From Callorhinchus milii (lineage: Eukaryota), in the NCBI RefSeq assembly GCF_018977255.1, contig NW_024704743.1:16432001-16496000 (forward strand): a stretch of 64,000 nt of DNA. Direction: 5' to 3'. Of the stretch, positions 12,301 through 24,300 are shown one piece after another (positions within the stretch are counted from its first letter, which is position 1; the number at the start of each line of letters is the position of its first letter). The position numbers and the translations under genes are program-made. A model generated the notes under the pieces. That model did no database searches. It worked only from the letters and a program-made list of their open reading frames with translations, and was not told the origin of the DNA.

Positions 12301-15300
12301 TGAAAAGAGAAGCAAGTTTCTCTCTCTCCCGGTTTCTCTCTCTCCTGGCCAACAATACTCCAAATAAATAAAATTGTTCACTCACTTCATGGCTGTTTGT
12401 GGGATGTTGCTGTGGCATTTGGCTGCCCCAGTTCGCCCACTAAACATGCAGTTACTGTATTATACAGTGTATCCTGTGAAGTGCTTTGGGACATCCTCCT
12501 GGCGTGAAAGGTACTACGCCAAATGCAAGGATTATTATTAAGCCATCACTGCTTTGGGGATCCAGAATTGTCATACAGCACCTGACAGCAGACCTGCCAA
12601 AGTGGTTTAACCACAGCTCTGAATGAATGGTGACTGCAACTGTCTTCAGTGCCTTGGGGCGTCCTCCCGAGGTGCTATATAATTTGTTGTTGTCTTGAAT
12701 ACTTGAGCCCATGTGTACTGTGAGTATCGGGTCTTTTCGACCCATAGCTTCTTAGCAATTTCGTGGTGGTTTATCTTTGAATCGTTCAAAGTAACTCATT
12801 AGAAGAAAGGGGCTAAATCTTTTCCTGTGGAGTATTGCTGTGGATAACATGGTGCAATTTGTTGTGATAATTCTCTTTCCAGCTACCACTCCTTGTTTAG
12901 ATGTGAGCTGAAACCTCTGCAGTGTTGGTAGTATTCAAAGTTCAATGCTCCTCACTTGCTGCATGAGCCCTCGCATCGATTGCATGTTCTCCAGTCTGTG
13001 CTGAGCATTCACACCCCACAGCCATGGACATCTTTCTGGTGTGACAAAACCAGACCCTACAAGGACAAATTCAATAGTTGTTCACACGGACAGGTTCGAT
13101 AGTCGTTTACAAACGTGTTTGAAGATTTTATCATTTAATCAGAATGAACTTGATTCGAATACATTTCATTCTGGAGCAAATGGAGGATGGAAGGTCCTTG
13201 GCCTGTGCACAGGAAACATTTTGTATAACACAGGGGAAACGTCCCACTTGAAAGAGAATTTTTTTATAGCACTTTGTCGTACCAAAATGTCTCCAAGGGT
13301 TTCATGGGCACTTAAGTGTAATGACAGTATTTTGTGGATAAATATGGCAGGTGTTTCCATCAGCAAGGTGAGAGAAACTAACTTTGCTTTTGTGTCCATG
13401 TGAACATGCAGACAGAACCTTATCTGAAGGATGGTGATATTAATAACATTCCTAACATTTGATACAGCATCTTTCATGTCAGGGGGACATCTCAAAGCGC
13501 TTCACAGGATTTGTAAAGTGTAGTAACTGCGTATGTTATAATAATAATCCTTGCATTTGATATAACGCCTTATCATGTCTTCAGTGCTTCACAGAATATA
13601 CTGTCAAGTGAATCAACTCTACTTTGTGGGTGAAATGCGGCAGCCAATTGCGCACAGCAGTGTCCACAAACAGTCTTGATTGAGTGACAAAATAAATTTT
13701 TTTTTTTGGAGGGATTATTACTTCATGTGGAGTAAGGAAACTTGCCCAATGTTTTGCCCTACCAGGAATCGAAACCCAGGTCCTCTCGCTTGCAAGGCGA
13801 GTGCTCTAACCATTAAGCTACAGGATTCCACATATGATATGATATAAGGATTATAGGCAAATGTAGGCCAACACTTTTATAGGAAGGCACCTCTGCCAAC
13901 GCAGTGCTATCCTAGTATTGTACTGGAACATCAGCCTAGACCACAACTTTCTGATCCAGAGATGAGAATGCTGCCAACTGAGCTAAACTAGATTTCAGAA
14001 GTGCAGAAATGTCCATTGTATATTTTAGAATTTCCTTCATTGTCAAACAGACTGTGGTTGACTGATGAAAGAGCTAAAGTAATGTAAATTTCCTTCATTG
14101 ACAGACTGTTCTACCTGATCATGTGTTCTCAGGAATTAAAGTGGCAGCATTATAAATAGATTACCAGTGATGTATGGTAACCATATACTATTCATGTCAT
14201 ATATGATTAAAATTTATGTTGAGTTCAAGCACCATCTGGCAAAACATCTATAAATAAAAACTAAACCCAGTTCTGTTGTCCGTTTGAATATTCTTATATA
14301 TTTTTTTAAAAAATGCAATATATTTAAATGGAGGATGTATGACTGTTGCTAAGTACTGTAGTTTCTAAGTTTGGGATGTACAACACAGTGAGCAATGTTA
14401 TTTATAAGATGGCCGATGAGGCAGGATGTGTGAAAAGGCTAAGCAATTGGGTGGGAAAAGCTGAGTTGTGCCATCAGTTTAGTGGTGTAAAAACCAGCTT
14501 GGGGTCCTTTCTGTGTGTGTGTGTTTGTGGATGTTGGTTGAGGATTGGATCGGGCTAGGCTGTGATGGCTTTTGTTCCACACACAATCAGATAGCTTGCC
14601 AAACACTCACACAAAGCCTTGGGAGATCCCTTTTCATTTGATGGTGATCAGGAAGAGGAACCCTAATTGATATTTTTTTGCACCCTCAAAACCCAAAGAT
14701 GCTAAAGCCATTTCTAGTATCTCCAATACTGCCCCAGGTACCTGTGGATCAAATGCAGGAACTTCCTAATGTATATATAATCAGTGTTTTTGTAAACTAA
14801 AAATAATTTTAGGAGTGCTAGTTTTTGTGGCTTGGGTTTATACTCACTACAATATTTTTTTTCCAGGCTGTGATTGCGATTATTATAAGAACTTGCATTT
14901 AACAGGGCCTTTCACTTGAAATCAACATCTGAAAGTGCTTTACAAGACATAATTGATTAGAGGTTAATTCAATGTTATACAGTAACAATAATTTACATTT
15001 ATACAATGCCTTTCACTTAGGGAGGACATTTCAAAGTGTTTCATACAACTGAATGAGCACCTGAGTTTCTAGAGGGGGAAGCGATGGAGGGGAAGGGAAA
15101 GATGGCAGGAAGCACAGTCAAAGAGATTGGTCTTAAGACGGGCTTTGAAGATGGGTGGGGGGGAGAGAAGAGACAAGGAGAGGGTGCAAAATGGCTGTTA
15201 CCAGTGGTAAGCCAGAACAAGCAGGAGCTTGAAGCAGGCTGCTGTTTGCTGTGCGGAGGGAGTGGCTTACAGAGGAAACAACAACAACAACAACAAGATT

Positions 15301-18300
15301 CCATTTATAAAGCGCCTTTCACGTCAGGAGGACGTCCCAAGGCGCTGCACAGTTGGGTCAGGACCCGAGCAGGGGGGAAATGGTCAGGGTGAGGGGAGGG
15401 AAGGGAGGGAGCGAGGAGGGGGGAAATGGTCAGGGTAAGGGGAGGGAAGGGAGGGAGCGAGGAGGGGGGAAATGGTCAGGGTAAGGGAGGGAAGGGAGGG
15501 AGCGAGGAGGGGGAAGCGAGTCGAGAGGGGAGCTGAAGGCTCGGTCAAAGAGAAAGGTTTTGAGACCGGCCTTGAAGGAGGAAAGGGAGGAAGCGGCGAA
15601 GGCACTGGGGGATGGAGTTCCAGAGCCTGGGGCTGAGAGGCTGAAGGCCCGACCACCGATGGTAGGGCGGTTGGGGCGGGGGACGTGGAGCAGACTGGAG
15701 CCAGAGGAACGGAGGGTACGGGCAGGTAGGTAGGGGGATAGTAGGTTGGAGAGGTAGGAGGGAGCAAGGCCGTGAATGGCCTTGTAGGTGAGGATGAGGA
15801 TCTTGAAATCAATCCTCTGGGGGATGGGGAGCCAGTGGAGGCGAGCGAGGGTGGGAGTGATGTGGTCCCGAAGCCTGGTGCGGGGCAGTACACGAGCTGC
15901 AGAGTTCTGAATGACCTGCAGCTTGTGGAGGGAGGTGGCGGGAAGGCCGACGAGGAGAGAGTTCCCATAGTCCAGCCTTGAGGTGACAAAGGCGTGAACT
16001 AGGGTTTCAGCAGCGTGAGGGGTGAGGTAGTGCCGTAGTCTGGCGATGTTCCGGAAGTTACAGAGGTGGAGCAAGACCTTAGCGGCATTTGAAAATGAGG
16101 ACAAGAATTTTGAATTGTATTCAATGGTGGATGGGGAGCCAAGTGAGAATAGGGGGCAATGGACTCATGGAGCCTTGTGTGGGAGAGATCATGGGCTGTA
16201 GTTCCAGATGGTCTGCAACTTTATTGGGGAATAGTGGGGGAGTCGGGTGAGGGGGGATTGGAATAGTCGAACCTGGAGGTGACGAAGGTGGTAGCCTTGG
16301 AGGAGAGGTAATGGCTGAGGTGAGCGATGTGCAAAGGTGAGGTTGGTGATTGCCCAGATTTAGAGTTTGAAGGGTAGTTGTATGCAACAACAACAACAAG
16401 GTTACATTTGGATAGCGCCGTTCACGTCGGGAGGATGTCCCAAGGCGCTGGACAGAGGACAGCATTTCAGACCCGAGCTGGGGTTGGGGTAGGGGAGGGG
16501 AAGGGGGGTGGCCGATGGCATGGTCGAAGAGGAGGGTCTTGAGGCAGGACTTGAAAGAGGCTAAGGAGGAGCGAGGCGGAGTGATTGGGGGATGGAATTC
16601 CAGAGGTTGGGGGCAGAGTGGCTGAAGGCTCTCCTGCCAGTGGTGGGGCGGGTGGGTTTGGGGACGTGAAGCAGGCCAGAGCCGGCTGAGCGGAGGGAAC
16701 GGGCGGGTTGGTAGGGGGTTAGGAGGTCACAGAGGTAGGGTGAGGCGAGGCCATGGAGGACTTTGTATGTGAGGACCAGGATCTGAAGGGAGCCAGTGGA
16801 GTCGGGCGAAAGTGGGGGAGATGGGGTCATGGAGTTTGGTGCGTGAGAGGACACGGGCTGCAGAGTTTTGGATTATCTGCAGCCTGTGGAGGGAGGAGTT
16901 GGGAAAGCCGACAAACAGGGCATTTGCATAGTCGAGCCTGGAGGTGATGAAGGCATGAACAAGAGTTTCAGCGGCCTGAGGGGTGATGTAGTGGCGGAGT
17001 CGGGCGATGTTACGGAGGTGAAGGAAGGCAGAGCACATTATTAGAGGTGCCGTCCTTCAAGTGAGATGTAAAACAGACATCCCATCTGCCTCTTCATGGA
17101 CATTATAAATCCAATGGCACGATTCAAAAAGATAAGGGAGTTACTCACTGTGTCCTAAGCCAGCAATTCCCCTCCCCCTCAGTAAAATTGATCATCCACT
17201 TCATGGCTGTGTGTTGGTCATTGCTGACTGCTGAGCGCCCATTGTATTTGCCTTCAAGTACAAATATAATTTACAGTAAACGTGGGAAGAGCTTTGAGAC
17301 ATTTTAACAATGTGATAAAGCAGTATATCAGATGCAAGGATTGTTATTGTATATGCAGAGGCTAAATTTGTGCCAACAGATTCACGAGATGAGTGGGCAA
17401 TCCATTGAATTTGGGATGAGAAGGGGAATATAGCCAAGATAACTGAGAGAAACACACTGCCTTTCTTAAGAATATCTACAAGTAGTGGGAGCAGTCCCTT
17501 TATTTTCCACCTGAATCACAAGGCAGATAGAAGCAAAATAGAGAGAATGTAATAATAGAATCAGGTAAGAAAAAAGGCCAGCTGAATTTTTTTTTAAATT
17601 GCAGGGTGCACGCACAGCCAATCTATGCTGGCACTTGTACACCAACTTATTGTGGTTAATAATATATCAGAAGTCTGCTTTGTTAAATATTGGAAAACAT
17701 TCTGAAAATGTTTCCATTGCCTTTATTTTCCCTGCGTCTTTATTACACAAATACGCAGAGAAGCCATCTAATGGATAACTAAATATATGTGAATAAAACA
17801 GCAATCACTGACGTTTTCTACATGATTACTGAATTTCAGAGCTCTGTGAAGGTGAATCAGATAAGCCTGGATGAAAGTGGGGAGCATGTTGGTATCTGTA
17901 CAGAAGACGGCAAGGTAGGAGTTTATAATATACGCTGTATTTTGTTTCATATAATAATTCAGTGCCTACAGTTTATTTTCCAATAATTTTCACTTTGCCA
18001 AGAATCTGTTGCTACATTTTCCTGTGCAGCACTCGGAAACACACATGGAGTGGGGAATCCAGGAAGCTGGTTCTCTTCTCTTAGTATGCTTTCACTTGTG
18101 TTACGAAAGCTTTGATGCATGTTGTAGTATTTATAACTTGCTATCTCTCACTCTGAAGTTTTCAGATGTTTGTTTTATACAAAAAAGTTTAGTGTACAGA
18201 ATTTCAGGAACTTAACTGTACAAAGGACAGGTTGGAGGTACAGTATTTGTAATTTTAGTTAATGTTTGGTTGGGTATCTCTGAAGGCACTCCTATTTTCC

Positions 18301-21300
18301 ACAACATGAGTTGATCACACTAGTATAAAAGTTGCAATATCTCAAAGTAGACATATTCTATAAGGGTGCAAGTACATATTTAATGTAACCCTACCATCTT
18401 CCACATGTTTGTACATAAATTCTAAGAAGTGGATTCATAAGTTTCATTGATTCATCTGAAATTAAGTATTTATGAATCCAGTGAATCGAATGTGAACAAA
18501 TTCTAAGTGCATTTTAACTTGCTGCAATTTAGTTGAGTTAAGTTGACTGTACTGGAATGGCTTTTCTGAAATCTTGTATGTGAATCTAATGAAAACAATT
18601 TTGGACCCATTTAGACAGAATTATGGCGCTCACAAATCATGGATTCTTAACTTGGAAACTGGAATTCCAATCCCAGAAACACTTTATTGATCTATTGCTA
18701 TGTAATACCTATCTAGTGGCATCTCTAAAGCTAAATAAAAGGGTTTTAGCCCAGACTATTGTTAAAGCGTGTTTCATTTGCTTCTGTACATATGTCTTAA
18801 CACAATTGTGAAGAATTAAAAATGCCAACTTGGAAAAATAGAATATAGTGAATTAGCTTGTGGCATCTAGTATTGTGGGTAGATGTGAGATTCAAGCTCC
18901 TGAGATTTATTTTTCAGAGAAGTTAAAATACAAACCTTAGCTTGTGATATCGTTGAGTTTTTTTTATTAGAGGCTGCCAAATTTTGAAGCTATGAGATTA
19001 TTGTGTTTTCTCCATGAAACTTGGTGGGAATTGTAGAAGCTAAGCATCCATTTAAGCCACAAACAAACAGCACTAAAGTACTGGAGGTTACTGTAGTTTC
19101 ACATTTTCTGCCTGCATCCATATTTCAGTCAGGATTCATCAAGTATCTGGAGTCCCCATAGATACGGGATCGCTGGAACCTTAAAATACCACAGATAGTG
19201 TAAGATGGATCTGTTAACCTTTCTGAATTCTACAGCATAGTATCGTCTTTAAAACTGTGTGGTGTGGCGCAGAGGAAAGTGTTCAGTATAATGTGCAGCA
19301 AGTGCCTCCCAGTGGCTAAGAGTTGGTATTGGAAATCGCAAAGATTGCAATAGAAAGAACATGCTCTGTGATTCAGTCTCATTATCTACTTGTATTTTGA
19401 ACGTGTCAGTACCTTCAAAGAACTTTTTTCTCTCTAACAAAAGATCNTTTTTAAAGATTTCTCACTGTACGTGTTTCATTTTGGATCCTTTGAAGAGAAT
19501 TCAAATCCGATAAACGGATCAAAGGATTCAAATGTATGACTAAAGACACAGTCTTCACAACAGTGACTGAAGTTTACCCTCGACATTTATAATTCAGGAA
19601 ATCTATTGCTCTAAGCACTTGTAATACACATAACAATAATAATAATCCTTGCATTTGATATAGCGCTTTTCACGTTTTCCAGACGAGACGTCTCAAAACG
19701 CTTCACAGAATATACTGTAAAGTGAATTGACTGTATTTTTGTGGAATACCTCATTTGTTAAGCACTATGTTTCAGGGAGTATATTTTTATAATTAGAATT
19801 AATCGAATTGGCTTCCCAATTGCAGTGACTTATCCAATGAGTAGCAGAGCTAAATAGTCCTGGGAAGGTCCCAGATTCCATGCACAGATTCTTTCAGCAA
19901 GCAACATCATTTGGGGGCAGCAATAAAGTTGTTACAATTGGCTCTATTGGTCTGGGGCAGGGAGAGGCAAATCAAAAGTTCCTGCTCCTGAACACTGTGC
20001 AGAGATTCAGCTGAAATGTGCTTGTGGACATTAACTGAGGACTGGATCAAACTTGGCTACGGCTCCCCTCTGGACTCGAATAGCCTGCTGCTGATGTTCA
20101 TCATGAAAAGTGGTAATTTGGAGAGTTACCGGACAGGGACTGGTGCCTATGGAGTATCAGCAGAAGAAAAAGAAGTGTTAAAAAACCCTTGAAAAGAGGC
20201 AGGCACTAAAGTAAAACATGACCTGTTCCAGAGAATCCATTTGTGGATTGCAGACCATAGCTGCTCAATTGTATCAGTTCTGAAACCACTTAACCACTTT
20301 TTGTTATTTAGTTTTGAACTGGTTGCTTTCCTAATGAACTTGACCTAGATTTGTTTCAACAGCAACATTTGACACCTGAACATTGTGAGTGAAGTGTATT
20401 TAAACTAAATGCATTGTCACTAGGTAATAGGAATGAACTTCCAGAGATGAGGCAGGAGCTGGCCTGCTTCATGTCCACCTCCCTTGCCTTCTTCAAGATC
20501 TGTTTCAAGACCTTCCTCTTTGACCATGCTTTCAACCACCTTCCTACCCTCCACCTCTCTTGATTCCAAATCCTTTAACTGTCCAGCACCTTGGGCCATC
20601 GTTCCGATGTGAAATGTGCTATATAAATGTAATTTTGTTGTTGTTCCCAACTATTGGTTGATAGGATTAGTACTGCTTTTGGAGTTAGACAGGCCAGCAC
20701 ACCCAAGTTGCTGCAAACTGATGGAGTTCAATCAAATCCTATTAAAAAGCATTATTATCTCTAGATGTTTATGTACTTTTCTCTCATCATTTGATTTCAG
20801 CGTTTGAGCCTACATTGAGCTTACAGTTCAATATTGCCAAAATACATACAAGTATCTTTAGTATGGATTGCTTTAAACATTCAGTTTGGTTCTAACACAG
20901 AGAAATTAAACACTTACCTGCAATGACCTACAAAATCCCCATAGCTGCTGTGATGTTTTAGTCTTTTGAACCCTGTACACTTTTCCATGTCCCCTCCACA
21001 TATTTTCTTTATCGAACTCTGTTGATGAAAACCAGAACTGGGTTAAGCTTTATGAATCTCTTGTCTTTCTTTGAGGAAGTAACTAGTGGTTGAAAGTAAT
21101 ACCATTTACTGAAGTATCAGAAGGTAGTTGACAAATTCCACATTTGTGTCTTCTAAAGAAGATCAGAGTTCATAACTCACGGCATTAATAGCTGAATTAA
21201 AAACTCAATTGGAAGCAGAGGTGAAAACAAATGGGAGAAAATCTGCATCAGTCACGAGCTGATCTTGAGAGGGTTGTCTCGGAGTCTCCTGCTGTTTAAA

Positions 21301-24300
21301 CTATTTATAAATGAATTAAAGGAAAGAATTTGTTGTAATATTTTACACTGAGCTATAACTAATGTCTGAAAGTAAATGATATTGAAGAAACTTGGACAGA
21401 TTAAGCAGTTCCAATAAAAGTGGCATTTTTCGTGTAGATTAATAGGAGTAAAGCATAGGAAGCAAATGTATGCATCAGGGATGTACATTAAATGGAGAGG
21501 AAAAGGACCTGGGTGTGAGTTAAACTGGCTTTTGTTTTTTAGTAAGCCTCCCCACGTATTTCCACCCCAGGCATCTGAAGTGAGGAAGGAAATTTTTCAA
21601 GCACTATAGGACTATTTTAAGGAAATAATGAACACTGAGTAAGTTGTGCCAGGCCAGATCCAAATGCTTTTTTTTCCCTATTTAAGAAAGGTTATCAAGC
21701 TGTATCTGGTAACTATAGATCTATTTGCTTGACCCCAATGATTGGAAAACTAATGGAAGCATTACTACACGACAGGCAGCATGACTTCAGTAGAGGTAGA
21801 TCTTGTCTGATAAGCCTCATTTGAGAATGTGACATCTTAATTTGGTACAGCAACAACTACCCCTGCCCCATAGCTTATATGTCTCAAGTGCTTCGGAGAT
21901 TGAGTCGGATACCGACAGCATAATTTATCTGAAGTTCAAAAAACCTTTGATAAAATATCACACGGGAGACTCTCAACAAAGGGCTTCTGGTATTTTTTTG
22001 TGTACATTTCATTTAGTTTCTGCCTCCGTAATATGGCTGTCTGGCTGGTCTTGGTTTTGGAGATTTTTAATTCCATTCTTTCTAGAGTTTGAGGAGTGCC
22101 TTAAACCTAGTTTGTACCAAACTTTACGCATTGATTGAACACAAAGATTGGGTTGAATTTCAGCTGATTGTGCAGTATAAATGGGGCTTCAGAGAGTTTA
22201 AAATTGTCAACAACTCAATTGCACAGACAGCAATTCAGACTTCGATTTTTGTTTTGTGGAATGCTTTGACCCCCTTAGTTACAAAGAAAACAACCAGACC
22301 TTGAGTGGTTCATTAATCTCAACATCTAGATTACAAAAACCTCAGGGTATAGTACAAGACTCCAGATGCCTGATATATCCTTTGATGTCTAAAGGTCTCA
22401 AGCTTGTATTCTTCACTGTATCAGTGTGCCTGCAGTAGGTTGTATGGAGAGAATGGTTTTGAAACCTGGTTATTGAAACATCGGCGAAGGTAATTAAATG
22501 AATTAAAATAAACATCAAAATTAAATATTGTATGAAGCGCTGCAAAATAGATTTCTGTATAACTGGACTCAAGGGCAAAATAATCCACCAATTTTCTCCT
22601 TTTTAAAAAAAGGATTTCCAATAAAAATACAATTTGTTTATATCGGGCCTTTCATGTCAGGAGGATGTCTCATAGTGTGTTACACAACTCGCTGGGCACT
22701 CAAGCAGGGAGAGAGGGGTGGGGGGTGCAAGCTGAAGATGGTGTGGGGGTGGGGGGAGAAGATGATCAAAAGTAGCATCAAAGATGTAAGTCTTGAGGTG
22801 AGCTTTAAAAGTGGGGAGAAAATGAGTAAGAGATTCCAGGATGTACTCCAGTGAGCAAGGGCAAAGTGGCTGACATCTCACCCACCAACGGTGAGGCAGA
22901 TGGGACAAGGGGCATGAAGCAGGCAAGTGTTCGCTGAGCAAAGGGAGTAGCCCAGGCAATACGGTTGAGGTCACAGGAGAAGTGTGGGACGAGGCCATGG
23001 TTTTTTTATTTCAGTGTAAACATTAATTTCTGCTTGTGTAATCGACAGTAACATTTCTCCTCAATGCAGCATGTTTTCAATACTGGAATTGAATTTTGGG
23101 TTTGATGTACGGTCTATAGTCTATAAAATTCCAGTTATCTTCCCTTTGGAAATGTTTATAAAGTATAGTCAATTTTTGTTGCACAGACTAGCTTGGGAAG
23201 TGTTTGAACAGTTTTCCCTATCACATCACCGACTCCAGCATTCAGGAATCTTAACGACCAACTAGTGACTATCCTTCTTGGGGGGAGGGGAATTGAACTC
23301 GCCCTCTGTGGTGGCCTCGGTAGGCCGGCTCCTGAACCAGGCAGGTCCGCAGTATTCCAGGGCACTGCTGATGACAGCACAGCCAACGTGGCTCATTGGC
23401 AGGACCTAGAAGGGCAGACCAGTCACTGGAGGCAGGGAGTTATCTGACTCAGTTCCTGTTAACCCTGCAAAGCCAAAGCCCTAAGGGTGATCCTAGCTGA
23501 ACAAGCAATGGGAGAGAGCAATATCAATGACAAGCTATGCAGTTTTCGCTGGTTAGACTCCAGAAGTATCCCAACACATATTCTGGGGTCCCTGAGCCCT
23601 TGGCTCTTGCCAACCTGTGCCTAATATCTTCCGGAATTAGGTAAGCAGGATGCATCCCTCCAGGGAAAGTAAGCATTCCATTCCAACAATTTAACTCTGG
23701 GATTTCCATTTGTAAGTGGGATGCATGGAATTCTCAGCTTGGTTTGGATACTCTTAAGCAAGGTGATGGGTTTCCACACATGTGTCAGACACTCGGCTGA
23801 CAAAAAAAAACTGATAGCAAGGATATTCTGTGGGTCACTTGAAGTGCTCTTGAACTGTGTTAAAGTTGTATTTCCCTAATGGTTTCCAAAGATATTCTTG
23901 CATAGCAGAGATCAACATTCAGTGTGTTCAGATAAGGCTGGTGGTTGAACCACCAAAACAGAAGTGCTCAACTTCAGCAAATGGTGACCTATATTTAACA
24001 TCCGCTTGATGTGAAAGGCGCTAGACAAATGTAATTTTGTTGTTGTTGTCAATGCGTTTTTTTAAAAAAAATCATTTTTTAATGTGCTTTAATTTGCCAA
24101 ACTAAAGTATAAATAAATAGTACAATTTCCACAGTCTTTTGGGTTCTGATTTCACAAACTCAATGTCTCAAGTGATGTGATGATGGAAGTGTTAACTGGG
24201 ACTTGCATGTGATTCTGCTGTTCTGTGCCAACAGGTCCAGGTGTTTGGATTGTACACGAGAGAAGGATTTCACGAAAACTTTGACTGTCCTATCAAAGTA

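Larger units (their letters stand above)
14983..16380 (-). mobile_element. Old L2 LINE 3' fragment, split by a younger L2
   Basis: Degraded tail at about 14985; L2 ORF2 homology continues on both sides of the 15276-16057 insert. Confidence 0.7.

Noticed and set aside
19447..19447. Ambiguous base n
   Set aside because: Assembly ambiguity, not biology
23360..23420. CTGATGA as a hammerhead ribozyme core in the unknown repeat
   Set aside because: No stem II followed by GAAA, and no cleavage-site helix could be built
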